A stretch of DNA of 64,000 bases. Origin: Amoebidium appalachense. Lineage: Eukaryota > Protista > Ichthyosporea. The translations under genes were made by a program, and so were the position numbers. Below the pieces are notes generated by a model. That model did not search any database. It was not told the DNA's origin and saw only the letters and a program-made list of their open reading frames with translations. This document shows positions 1-50,865 of this stretch, piece after piece. The stretch lies in assembly GCA_963693365.1 (NCBI GenBank), contig CAVNZM010000010.1, positions 7,689,794 to 7,753,793 on the forward strand. The letters run 5' to 3'. Position 1 is the stretch's first letter, and every line of letters starts with the position of its first letter.

Positions 1-225
1 AAAAAAAAAACGGGGAAAGGGAGAAAAGCCAAGACTTTAAACAAGCCAACCAACAAAAGCACCAACCTCCCTGATTCCCTCTTTCCCTTTTCTTTACCGT
101 CCCTGCCCTCCGGCAATCCTTCCCTTGCCAATCAAATATACACCACTTCTCCTTCACATCAAAGCTCGCATTTGGCTTGCGAATGTCTTGTTCCCACTCC
201 CCCCCTCCCCCCTCCCCCCCCCCTT

Positions 226-256
<31 letters not shown>

Positions 257-420
257 CCCCTCCCCCCCTTTCGTTATCACCCGTACGCCAGTCCATCCTG
301 CATCCTTCACCCATAAGTACCCCAAATGCCACACAACCATGAATCCTGAACCCCCTCCCCCCTCCCCCCCCCTCTCCCCCCTCTCCCCCTCCCCCCTCTC
401 CCGCCACCCCACCCCCACAG

Positions 421-21994
<21,574 letters not shown>

Positions 21995-24552
21995 TATAAT
22001 TGGTATGAATGTAAGATGTACTTGTGTTTGATCAGAGTGAGGAAATACTTGATACATAGCTCCATGTCACCCTGGCGCGTAACTCTAAGCATAGTTATAC
22101 CAATTGCAGCCACCCTAGGCCTTTACAGTCACACTCGGCGTTGCTCGTGCATATTCGATAGTACCTATGTACAAATGCTCGGATTCCGTTTTTGGGTTTC
22201 TCACGGTATCAGTCAAATGTGATTAACGGTAGCTAATATTGGTGTTGTAGGTCTGGTACAGGTCCCCAAATCCCGGGAGCCATGGCAAGATCATAACATG
22301 CACGTAATTGAGCGAATCGTATGTAGGGAATGCTCTCGTAGATTCTTTCCCCCCTCTTCTTTGCGCTCACATGGAGGGGGGGTGTGCGTGTGTTCAGTGA
22401 GTGTAATTTCTCTCTCTCTCTCACTCTCACTCTCTCTGTCTCTCTCGCTCTGTGTGTGTGCGTGTGCATGTGTATCTCAGATCTAGACGGTGGTAAATCC
22501 TCTTCGTGCAAAAGGCACTTATTCTCGTTATGACTTTCCCCCTTCTGAATGACAGTCTACTAGTGACGCGTGGGCCTTTCAACGGCCACTGTAAGTCTAT
22601 GTACATAGCCTCTCACAGGCAGAACGTGTCAGCCATGGATCCGGAGTGTCCTAGCTAGAGCCCATCATTTATGTTGTTTAGTCAAAGGATTTCCACAATT
22701 CGGCAAGCGTAGCGAAACATGGCAAAAGCACAGGATTACATAGCCGTTGGCAACTGTGTTGCAAAAACAGGGCTCTTCAGTCTAGCTGTTGTCAGAAGAT
22801 ACAGAACGTTATGCTCGAGTTGGCGTCTGGAAGCATAAATAGATTTTCAAATCCCACAAGTGCGCCTTTGTCAGTATACAGATCTGGTGATGAGAGTGAA
22901 CGGCTGCCTTGGCGACCGCTTTGTTGGAACTACCAAAAGAAAGACACACAAAAATAAACACCCATTGAAGCATACGTCTTGTGTATGTTACTGGAAAGGG
23001 TAGTATACACAAACACGCTGTGGGTTGTCCATCCAGGGCAAAGGGGGGGGGGGGGGGGGGGGGAGATCCTCGCAGGGGGGGAGGGGGGGGGGGGGGGTAA
23101 CCGTTTGTATACAGGAATGCCACATCCAGACATACCAGTATACGAGAATTCGCCCCAAAAAAAAACGGGGGAATGATGCACTACACAAATAAGCACCTAT
23201 ATTCCCTGCTTGCTTGTGCTCCACTTGTGTCGTGACTTGCCCTAGATCTGAGAGCTTGACAACACAAGTTTTTGTCACTCCGTTTTTGCCCACGGTCGTG
23301 AATGTAGCATGCGGCAGGTTGTTTACCCAGCAAGATATCCAGCTTCACGGCGTATGTTGATTGGACCAAAATGGTTTGTTGATTTTATCCGACTAATCAA
23401 ATTGATTTGTTAAGCAAAAATCAAATGGGCTTGGCGGGCCGCTTGTGCTGTTGCAGCTGGGAGCGGCAACGGGCTCCGGTGGCTGTGGACCGCGTCATGA
23501 TCAACCGCCGGGGAAAAAAAAATTCGTCAAGAAAAAAGTGCCTGCTCTGTATCATTTCACCGCCACGTTTCTTTAGCGTGACACAAGGGTAGCAGTTGTA
23601 AAGTATACTGAGAGAAGTAAGCTCACCAACTCAATTTTTCCCGAAAACACGGTGCGAGTGGCTGTTTTTTTTTTTTTTTTTCACGCCACCATTTTTCGCA
23701 AGTGATCTGCAATCCTCCTTTTCTCACTACCTGTGTCTGTACAAGCCTTAAGGCCCATTCACCCCTAAGGCTACCGCAACCACTTTAACTTATGTGCTAA
23801 TTTGTACACGCAATTACATTAGTTGTTGGTCATACGTTAAAAGCTTTGGGGTGACACTCCTTGAAGCTAGTTCCCCCTTCTGGGGATAAGCCGTTCTAGC
23901 CTGTAGAGTTCATACGTCTGCAACGATAACGTAACATGCACGCACGTGTCTGCTGTCGCCACCAATAGTCGCCTTGCAGGTACGTTTGTGCGATGTAAAC
24001 AACCTTGTTTTTCTTGTTATTCTGCCCTTTTGAGGTTTTGTTGGGGACTTACAAGTGTGTGATAAGTCATGCACCCGGGGAGTGGAATGTCGATTTGGGA
24101 GGGGAGGAGGGGAGGTGGTTTTTCCTGGTTTTTGGATTACGATTTTGTTTGTATGCGTGTTCACTGGGTAACAGTTGACCTGACGATGCACATTTCCGCA
24201 TAAACATGAAGGGTGATGTGGTAGTGGTGCATTGCTGCAATCGTGGAAGTGTCTGTGGTTCTTCTCAGCTTGGCTTCTTCCTCTTTGACTCTTATCTTTC
24301 TTGCTGGCTATAAATCATTGTTGGGTGGACGCTTTGGCATGAGCAACATTTTTCCTTTCGACATGCTGTATAGAGAAGAAACCGATACTTTTTTGCCGTG
24401 GGGAGGGAGGCAAGGGAAATGAGGGGTTGGGGAGGGAGGGAGGGGGGACAGGGGGCCAACATGGTGTGTGTGTGCATTGGAATGTTTAAGGATTTATGCT
24501 TCCGGCTGCCTGCCCCGAAGTTATCCTTTTATAGTTTATGTAGGTACTCTTT

Positions 24553-24586
<34 letters not shown>

Positions 24587-25306
24587 CGTTTAAGGGGATG
24601 GCAGTGCTGTTTTTTTTTTTCGCACTAGAGTGTTTTGCTGCCGATGCGTTGAGCACTGCATACTTCTTTTTTTTTGCAATGGTTCGTTACACAGCTACGT
24701 TTTAAAGCAGCCCGGTTGGTATTCGAATGATGTTGGCGTCCTTCTGCTTTTTTGGTGGAATTGCATAAGCACACGAACCAATGGTGGTCATTGTTGCGTG
24801 CAAGTTCGTTTTTTTAATGGTAAATCCTGGGATAAGAGATTTGGGTATTTGCTGTGATGACACACGCTCTCGAATGCCATGTTTTTTTTGACACATCAGG
24901 CACACACATACTGCTGTAGCTAAGGTTGAAGGTGGACTTATTGTCAACCTGTTGTTTGCACGCATATGGTCATGGTGTCCATGCATGTACAACGCACGTC
25001 CTGTTGTGTTCATGCTTGCGCTTGGCACTTCCCGTTGTATGCATGCATATGCATTACACTGCCTGTGCATCACACATGCATGTTAGGTGCTAGAAGCTCC
25101 ACAGTTGCTCTACGGATGCGTTCTTGCCTCTCTCCCCCCCCCCCCCCCCCCCCCTCCTCCCCGCCCCTCCTCCTCTGCACATGATGCATGTGTGCTTTGC
25201 ATTGTACTGTCGGTCATGGATGTGTACTCTGTAGTCTATACCCATCCTAACCTTCTTTCCCCTCCTCCTGGGGGTTTCTCTTCCTCCTCCCGTTTGTAAC
25301 CCTCAA

Positions 25307-25375
25307 TGAGGCTGGGCTCTGCTTTTTATCCATACTCTTTGTTCTCTGCATTATGTTGTCCGTTGTGAATGTTGG
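25307..25375 (+). repeat. Degenerate partial copy (D) of the same family
   Basis: TGAGGCTGGGCTCTGCTTTTTATCCATACTCTTT versus copy A TGAGGATGGGCTCTGCTTATTATGCATACTCTTT. Confidence 0.55.
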
Positions 25376-25662
25376 GCTTTGTGTGATTTGTTCCTGGACG
25401 TTTTTCGTTGCTTTTTCGCCAATCTGCGTGCTGCGTGTGTGCGTGCATACTGTTGTTTCTGCACATGTGTTTGTGTGTGCTCGTTGCTATTGAGGATGTT
25501 GTGTTTGTGTAACCATTATGTGTGTGTGCACTTTAGCACGTGTGATGTATCTGTATGTGCATTCCCGTGTGTGCCTTGCGTGTGCTTTTGTGTGCTTGTG
25601 TGCGTGTGTGTACGTACACTCATCGCCCTTGGTGCCGTGTGTGTGTGTGTGGTTGGGTGTGT

Positions 25663-25699
<37 letters not shown>

Positions 25700-26027
25700 T
25701 TCGCTTGTGCATGTGTATGTGTGATTGTGTGTTGTTTGGGCATGTGTGCTTTTCTGTGTGTAGCACGACATTGCACTCCTGTGTGTGCATCTGTGCCTGC
25801 GTATGGGTTGCTTGGTGCAAGCATGCCTACGATGCTTATGGTCGTTCTATTGCGCCGTCCACACCACCTGATTTCACCAGTGCGTGCACGCATGTGCGCG
25901 CGCACACACACACACACACACCCCTTCTTTACTGTTCCTGATATACCCGCCACTTCCTCTAACACTCTTATCCCACCCCCCTGCAGTGACTTGTCACCAG
26001 GGCACCCCCAGGGGGCCCACCTGATAG

Positions 26028-29000
26028 ATGGATGATCGCTCAGACAGGGCCCGCCGGCGGGGGGGCCGACTCTTCCCCCCCGCCATCGCGCACCCCTCTG
26101 TCTCCCTCCTCCACCGACGGCAGTCAAAGCGGTGCACACAGAAAACGGTCCGGGGGCAGGTTTCCATCGCCACGCAGCCCACGCAGCAATAGCAGTAGCA
26201 ACAGCAGTCTACCGTTAGACAGGGGGGGTCGGAACATGATTTGGACGACCCATATGGCCCCAGGCAAGGGGGGGACGATTCGGGTACGGCGTACAGTCGG
26301 CGACCGTCACAGCCCGAAGATACAAACGGGGCAGATATTACCGATGACCCGGACTCACCGTATTATTTGGGTAGCTCACGGAGAGTTTCCAGTGGTTCAA
26401 CACAAAGAGGGTATGATCCACGAGAGGGTAGGGATATTAGGGGGCCACCGAAGGAATACGACGCTAGACCGCACGAGAGAACAGGAAGACATTGGCAACA
26501 CCGCCAAATTCCGTTGAACAGATATGAACCCCCGCATCAAAGAGACAGGGATAACAGGGATCGAGATAGAGAGAGGGGAGATATACGGGACGAATATAGA
26601 GGGAAGGGGGACAAGGTCGAAGAGAAGAAGGTGGAAACGAAAGAAAAGGCTGCTGCACAGCAAGCAAAGGAGAAGGAGGAGAGATTTGAACGGGAGAGGG
26701 AGAGGGAGAGGGAGAGAGAAAGAGAACGTGAAAAAGAAAGGGAAATAAGAGAGAAGAGACAAAAGGAGAGAGAAGCAAACATGTTTAAGCGTATGGAGCG
26801 CAAAACGGAGTGGGGGATTGACAAGGAGGCATTTTATGCTATGGAATCGAAGAATAAGGAGGAGGAGAGGCAAAGAGAGAGGGAGAGAGAGAGGGAAAGG
26901 GAAAGAGAGAGGGAGAGGGAAAGGGAGAGGGAACGGGAAAGAGAGAGGGAAAGGGAGCGAGAGAGAGAGCGAGAGAGGGAGAGGGAGAGGGAAAAGGAGA
27001 GAGACCGCGAAGCAAGACAAAGGGAGAGGGAACAGAGAGACAAGGAGCGAGAGAGAGATCGAGCGGCGCGGGACACGAGTCCGCAGGGTGGGGGCTGGGC
27101 AGCAACAACACCCACACGCACGTTTTCACGCGACAGCCGGGAAGGGTCGCAACCGCCGTCGAGAGACAGCCGTGATTTTGGGAGGGACCATCGTGACCGG
27201 GACAATCGGGAAAGTTATGGAAGGGATAGAGATAGAGAGCCAAGGGAGAGAAGAGAGAGCAGGGAGTTGCGTGATAGAGAAACCGCAAGCGCGGACAGAG
27301 AGGGTCGGGACCGAAGCCCAAAAAGGGCATCCACGCCAACACGGGCACGTGAGCGTGAGGGTAGCCCACCACCCACCACCACCCCACAAACACACACGCG
27401 GCCGGGTAGATTGTCAATATCACGCGGAACGTTTGGGCGGGCGTTTGGCGACATTAGGAAACAGGGGGATGTGGAGAAGAAGGCGAAGGAAAAGGAAGAT
27501 ATGGAAGAGAGGGAGAGAGAGGAGAGGGAGAGGGTGGAGAGAGAGGAGAGGTTGAAGAGGGAGCAGGAGGAGAGGAAACAGGCGGAGAAGGAGAGGCAGG
27601 AACGGTTGATACAGGAGAGGGAGAAGGAGAGGGAGAGGTGGAACCGCGAGCGTGAGTTGAAGAATTTGGAACGGGAGCGGGAGCGCAGTGAGAGGGAGAA
27701 GAAACGGGTGCGAGAGAGAGACCTCGAACCCCCCCGTGAGCCCGCCCCCACACCCCCCGCACGTGCTGCACGTGAGCCATCCACGGAGGATGAGGCCGTC
27801 CCCTCCACCCCCACCAGGAGCCAAACAGATGTGCGCCCAGCCCCCGAGCAGACACCCGAGGTTCCCCCCCAGTCATCCCCGGCCCCACCACACCCACCTG
27901 CCATGTCCCCCGAGACACCTACGCCCATTGAACCCCCAGCAGAGATCAGGCCACCACCACTTGCCCATGTGGAGGCCGTGCTGTCACGCGACAAAAGCAC
28001 CTCCCTGCCCCTGCTGCCGGCGGTCGGCACCAGCCCCGTGGCCCAGCAACAGGTTCGGCCCGGCCCGACCCGACAGAGTGTAGACGAAGTGGCCATGGGC
28101 CAGCCAGCCGTGCCGAGGCCCAGCGAGCTGATACGGCAGATGTCGTCACCGGGCCAGGCCGTGGGCATGCCGGTGCGGTGCATATGCGGGAGGACACGAG
28201 AGTGGGCAATGGCCGGGAGGGCCTTGAGGACCGTGACCCGTACCGGGACTATAATCGGCCACCATCACCCCAGGAGATGCGCCGCAGCAGTGCGGGCAGT
28301 GTGCGTGATAACAGGGTGGACCCACGGGAGGCACTGCTTGCAGACCGCAAGAAGTCCATGCCCCCCAACCGCAGGGATATGCGGGGCCCATATGGCCCCC
28401 AGACCCCCGCCACGGCCACTGTGCGCATGCCCGGGGGGTCACCATACTCCCCCAGTGGCCAATGGCAGCAGCAGGGTGGCCGCATAGCCGTGGGCCCTGG
28501 GCCCCTCACCCCCCCAGCAGCCCCCATGGGCCAGATGGCCGGGGATGATTATATGAGCAGGAGGCCGCTAGTTGGTACCCAGCAGAAGGCACCCATGCTG
28601 CCCCAGCAGCAGCCCCAGCCCCTGGCCTCACAGTGGGGCAGAGGTCCGGCGCAGGCCACCACCAGTGGAGGCATGAGGGACAGGCAGGCAAGCCAGCAGC
28701 GTGAGGGCAGACGCAGTGAAGGCTGGACAGGTGGGCAGTGGCCACGGGGTGGGTCTGTGGACCAGCAAGAGGGCCAGTGGGACGGCTACAGGCAGAAGTC
28801 CAACGATGATAGGGTGGCAGCTAACCGCACGGCCAGCGGCAATGGCGGGGGCTGGCAGCAGCAGGGGGGCAATGTGGAGCACTACTACGAGCAGTGGGAC
28901 GGCATGGGCTGGCAGGCGGCCCAGTATGCCGAGTTCCCCGGCTACGAGCACCAGTCATGGCAGTACACAGACCCAGACCAGCAAACAGACGACCTGGCCA

Positions 29001-29680
29001 CCCCGGCACTGCTGCCCCCACCAGCCACCCCGGACATGACCCCAGTCAACCCCTACAAGACGGATGCCGTGGCCCCACGGCCTGGCCTGAGCAACACCGA
29101 GCCAGCAGTGCCGCGGTACGTCGATGTGAGCAACATCAGTGTGGTGGTGACGGTAGGAGAGGAGGAGGAGGAGGGAGAGGAAGGAGAGGAGGAGGAGGGC
29201 GAAGAGGAGGGTAAAGAGGACGAGGGGTTGGCCGAGGCACGGCAGCAGCTGGCAATGGAGATGGGGCGCATCAAGGAGGCACTGGGGGCAATAGGCGCCG
29301 TCACAGAGGCAGCCCTGGAGGCCCACCGGGAGACATATGCAAGAAACCTGCATGCACTGCTGGCTGCCCAGAAGGCCGCACAGGAGGAGGGCTACGGGGC
29401 CTACCCCGTGACGTCACCCATGCCCATGCACATTACGGACATGCCAGCATATGCCCCGGGCACTGAGGGCGGTGGCTACGTCGTGCCCACTTATGGCGCT
29501 GCACCGGGCTGGGGGGCCGGCTACAACCCCTACTATGCAGCCGAGTACCATGCCGGGGGTCACTATGTGTATGCCGGCACTACCGGCACCACATACTTCT
29601 ACCCCGACCCACAGTTCCAGCAGGGCCAGGGTGCACACCCGGCAAGAGACACACCTCCACAGGGTGACAGGCCGAAGTAG
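26028..29680 (+). CDS. Large low-complexity protein (RE/RD dipeptide tracts, Pro-rich region, acidic tract, Tyr/Gly-rich C-terminus); frame-disrupted as assembled; function unknown
   Basis: Acceptor CTGCAG at 25981-25986, then ATG at 26028 (MDDRSDR). ORFs 26241-28487 and 28178-29680 join in frame if one copy of the tandem CGGTG at 28171-28180 is removed. The block has coding-like composition and no poly(C) or CA tracts over 3.6 kb. No globular domain recognised. Confidence 0.65.
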
Positions 29681-30641
29681 GCGGTGCATGGCGCATGCAC
29701 ACGTACACATCACACACACACACATACACATACACATATACATACACACACAACACACACACACACACACACAGTCCACGAATAAACACATGCACATAGA
29801 GTCGTACACTTACCGTGCGCAAAATGTACGAAAGTAGTAACAGGATTTGGAGGGTCGCTGTTAAGATAGTTTTTGACCTACCCAACGTGAGTATGGGGGG
29901 GCAAGGGGGGCTTTCTAGTTTCGTGTTGCTGGTTTTGTTGTGATCTTCACTGATAGGGAGGGGGTATTATGTTTCTCGAAGTAAGCCCCGTGTGCTATAT
30001 GATTGCTTTACACGGGTTAGAAAAACAATAATGCATAGTGTTTGTTCTTCGCCGAGTCTCCCTCTTCCCCTTTTTTTTCTTTTTGTATAATATGGCCGGT
30101 GAGCCTGTCAAACACTTGACTTGGTGTAGGTACATCCACCGCAACGGTTTTGAGGGGGGTTTCGTTTTAATAAAATTCTGGATGCGTTACGGACCGTAAC
30201 TTGTGCATGTTGTGATGAAAAGCTGTAGTGTTTGATGTGCAGTTGAGTCTGACACAACGTGCTATTTGTACTGCATATGAAAAAGTGGGTTTACAAAGAG
30301 AGAAAAAAAAACGAAAATATATACGATATTGGAAAGAATCTCGGCTTAATGAGGAGCTCTCGAGTATGGCGTGTTGCCTGCACGGTACCCATAGCACCGT
30401 GGAATGATGCCCACAGTGGATCCACACACACAAACACACATTCATAGATGTACATGCATGCATGCGCGCTCGCACACAAACACACACACACCACACACAC
30501 ACACACGCACACACACACACACAACCACCAGCACCACCACCGCCCACCCCAACGGGTGTCTGTCCAGGCACCCATCCATGCACCCACCCCTCACGCACTC
30601 ACGGGTACAGAAGCACGCACGCACACGAGCGCGTGTGTGTG

Positions 30642-30673
<32 letters not shown>

Positions 30674-30754
30674 TGTACACACATGTACACACACACACAC
30701 ATACAACCACCAGCACCACCACCGCCTGCCCCACGCGTACAGCTGCAGAAGCAC

Positions 30755-30807
<53 letters not shown>

Positions 30808-31155
30808 CACACAAGCCATGATGCATGCACGCATACGCACGTTTGGCCGGAAACATTGGCCCAAAGGCACATCTGTACATGGCCGACTATAGATCACATG
30901 TTGAAATCTTGCATACCTTGGGCAATAGCAGAGCCACCACACATGCATGATCAAAAACATACCCAGCCAGCTTTGAATCAGATCAGGCTTATAATACCAT
31001 TGGGTGGACACCACCAGTGACTACGCTTTCATTGGTTGTATATACATTCCATTGCAATTTTTGGTGCACCAGTCACCCGTGCGCCCTGAAACATAGTAAA
31101 TGCTCGGTTTCATGTTCTGTCCCGTGCAACTGAATTCACTGAATCAAATGGCATT

Positions 31156-31209
31156 GGTTTACGCTGTTTACTCGAGGCAAAGAGAGACCAGTCTCAGGTA
31201 TGGGGGTTT
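31156..31209. repeat. ~55-bp dispersed micro-element, full-length copy
   Basis: GGTTTACGCTGTTTACTCGAGGCAAAGAGAGACCAGTCTCAGGTATGGGGGTTT, identical to 54852-54906 apart from G-run length. Confidence 0.8.
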
Positions 31210-31341
31210 TTCCTCGAAATATCCCCTCAGCGTTATAGCATGATCAAGTACATAGATATCGGCACTGTGTGTCCCGGGGCCACAAAAAACCCTTTATGCA
31301 TGTGCCTAACAGTGCAAGAAAAAGCTGCATTGTGTGTGTGT

Positions 31342-31390
<49 letters not shown>

Positions 31391-31521
31391 CGCGCGCGTT
31401 TGTGTGTGTGTGTGTGTTGTGTGTGTGTGTGTGTGTGTGTGTCAGTGTGTGTGTGTGTGTGCGTGAGTGCGCGTGTACATATGCGTATGTGTCACTGTCT
31501 GAGCATGTGCGCGCGTGTGTC

Positions 31522-31565
<44 letters not shown>

Positions 31566-31640
31566 CGCGTGTGTGTGTATGCGCGCACGCACGCCTGTGA
31601 ACGGAGACTCCCATTTGCATTTGCATACAGAAACACCGTG

Positions 31641-38372
<6,732 letters not shown>

Positions 38373-38987
38373 TCTTAGTATGTGACACTTTAGTGTATTG
38401 TAATCCTATATCTCCTGGCAGTATAGCGTCTAGTCCTTAGGCCTATATTTGTGTTTTATATGTGTAAGCCTACTATTCTCAGTAAACTCCGCTTCTTTGC
38501 TAGTTGACTTTCCACGGTGTTTCGTTTTTGGCTGGCGGTGTTCTAGATCTGTAGACTAATCCTTGGGATGACGTCACGCTAAGACTAATGGAATGAATAA
38601 TGGGTCACGTGACTGTTTGATGGCGTTTGATTGGTCCATTTGGCAAGGGCGGTTGGCTCAATTTTTACAATGCAGCCAGTGGATGGCCGAACGGTCACAA
38701 GGTCCGACGAAGGGAGCGAAAAAACGAGAGGAATAATCACATGGGAAAGAAGAGGGGAGAGTATACCGTACTTATTTGGTTGATAGGGAGGGCTATAAAC
38801 GTGAGAAAAAGATAGAATTGGGCTAGGTGAGAATGATTCGCCCGCTGGGGCCAAATTTCGCCCCAGAACTTCGTTGTTGAAACAACAGAAAACCGTATAC
38901 ATATTGTGTTCTTGTGCCCCGCCCCGTTCTTACATAGCTCTTTGCTAGATGAAAGCCACAGACGATTTTGGATAACAAAAATTTAAA
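38373..38987. promoter_or_regulatory. Compact bidirectional promoter between PPIH and kinesin-8
   Basis: 615 bp repeat-free gap between divergent ATGs, containing TGACGTCA (~38569), GTCACGTGAC (~38604), ATTGG (~38630) and TAGATCTG (~38544). Confidence 0.6.
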
Positions 38988-48581
<9,594 letters not shown>

Positions 48582-49553
48582 CACATTGGTGTACTCTATT
48601 GCTCCCAGGGCGGCAGTGGCAGGCATGGTTTGCAGGCTTGTTTTTGGTGGCATGTGCAGCTGTTAGATGATGGTAGATGGGCAGGAATGTGGAAGCCACA
48701 TTACTTAACTTTTTTTTTTCCTTTTGTGGAATTTATGTTCATCTGTCTTATTCCCTTACTACTTTGGCTTACTAAACTTTTATCTCCGTTTGTGCGTGTG
48801 TGAGTGTATGGGGAGGGGGGGTTTAGGGGGTCGTTTTCGCTTATTAGTGGTGCTACTCATAAATTTTGATTGGAGGAGGTATCCAAACGGGTGAGATAAT
48901 GGACCACACACACATTTTCTTACGTGTATAACGCACTGTTAGCAAATACGTGCCTGTGTGAGAGCGAAGAAACACTGCAATGTGTCTGGCACACAACCAG
49001 AAACTATGTTTTGGCCGAGCATCAGTTTCTGTGGAAACTGGGCCGACCTGCTCAGTCGTGTACATATTAAAAAATATAATTTCGACTGCATAATGTTGCA
49101 TTGAGAACTTGAAATAAAAGTGCCACCATAGCCTAGTGCAAGCTCTATGGTGGTGCAAACATTTGGACACTCAATCCTTGGAGTGTTGACGCCGACTGTA
49201 TACCAGCCCTTGAAGTTTGTTTTCTCGTTTAATGTGTGTTGGTACATGAGTGGAGCACTTGTTACCTTATGTGCTCATGTGTGTGTTGGGAAAGGGGGGG
49301 GGGGGGGGGGGGTAAAATTTGACGCCTAGTTTGGCTGCCAGACTACTGCACCACCACCGCAGCATACTATTCTGCAGAGCCAGTACGGGCTTCCGTGTGC
49401 TTACTGCAACCCCCCCTCCCCACCCTCCCCCCCTGGACACACACATTATTAGAAACAACTTCAACCACCCACACCAAAAATCTCACTTACGAGCCCTGTT
49501 TGGATCCGATCAGGATGCATGAAGAGAAAAGAAGATGGGTTCGATGGTGATGT

Positions 49554-49833
49554 GGAGAAACACCCCATATCGCGCAATAAGGTCAGTAATATTACCATTT
49601 TCAATAATACCGTATTATTACAGAGTATTACATTAGGATTAGAGCGACAATCGGCCGATTATCCAATCCTATCACGGTAATAGTACGCCGCCCGCCAAAT
49701 TTTCAAGCATGATGTTTTGGTAATAAATTCGGTGGTATACCATCCTATCACCCGTACTAGAGCGGTATTATTACCCATTTAACACCGTAACTTAGATAAT
49801 GCCAACCTACGTATTTTTATACTTCAAAAAAAA

Positions 49834-49872
<39 letters not shown>

Positions 49873-50457
49873 CATTGTCACACTGTGTTCTGCGTGTGCA
49901 TGTCACGCGCATGAACAAGCTTAAGGTGTAATTTAAAGGCTAATTTATTATCATTATGCTATATATATGAACAGCATGTATGCATGTGCGTGTATACGTC
50001 TTTGCCTCGAGTAAACAGCGTAAACCCCGTATACGTCTATATAAGCATTCGTGTAAATGTGTGTGCATGCTCTGATATACATTGCATGCATGTACTAGTA
50101 CTGTCACAATAAAGCTGCAAAGGACATAATTATGTATGTGTTACGGATAATATATTTATAGATGGAGCCTGCCTAAAAAAAATAATCTTCGAACTTGTAA
50201 TCGCTTGTCTAGGCCTAAGAAAATTGCAAACATTTGTAAACGTGATTTATATCGAATCACCTGGTTGATAATCAACACTAAGAAAAGTTAACGATTTAAA
50301 ACAAAGTCTTATATCTGTAATAACACCGAAATTTCGCCGACTTGATCGGTGGTTCGTGGTGATATTACGGTATTAGTATGCAGGGGTAGAAGCCTAGTTT
50401 CGCTCATCTTCGGTAATATTCGGTGATAATACGGTAATGCACGATATGAGGTATTTC
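49554..50457. mobile_element. Non-autonomous TIR DNA transposon (MITE-like; 9-bp TSD, Mutator-like)
   Basis: Imperfect TIRs GAAACACCCCATATCGCGCAATA and, reverse-complemented, GAAATACCTCATATCGTGCATTA. Direct repeat TGGTGATGT at 49545-49553 and 50458-50466. Subterminal CGGTA/TACCG motifs; AT-rich with no convincing ORF. Confidence 0.65.
50001..50028. repeat. Truncated inverted copy of the micro-element with a 9-bp target-site duplication
   Basis: GTATACGTC (49992-50000) - TTTGCCTCGAGTAAACAGCGTAAACCCC - GTATACGTC (50029-50037). Confidence 0.8.
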
Positions 50458-50780
50458 TGGTGATGTATGGTGGTCGTGTTGAGAGGAAGGGGCTGGTCCA
50501 GCCAATCAGCGGGGCCCTCGTTAACCCGGCACATCCAATCAAAACAGCCCATGCAGCTTCAAAAATCATGCACCCTCCTCCCCCCCCTGCCCTCCCCCTC
50601 CCCCTCCTCCCCCCCCAACCCCCAACCCTCACCCATCCGCCACCCTCCATCCCCCACTACCAACCGTTATTGACCTCTGCACGCATCCCCCCCCTCAACC
50701 CCCCCCCCCCCCCCCCGCCCTTTTGCAGGCCTCCTCCTCGTGTACAGCCCCCTCCTCCCCCCCCCCCCCCCTCCCCCCCC

Positions 50781-50865
<85 letters not shown>

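Noticed and set aside
27215-28183. 322-aa minus-strand ORF
   Set aside because: Antisense shadow of the GC-rich, repetitive plus-strand coding region.
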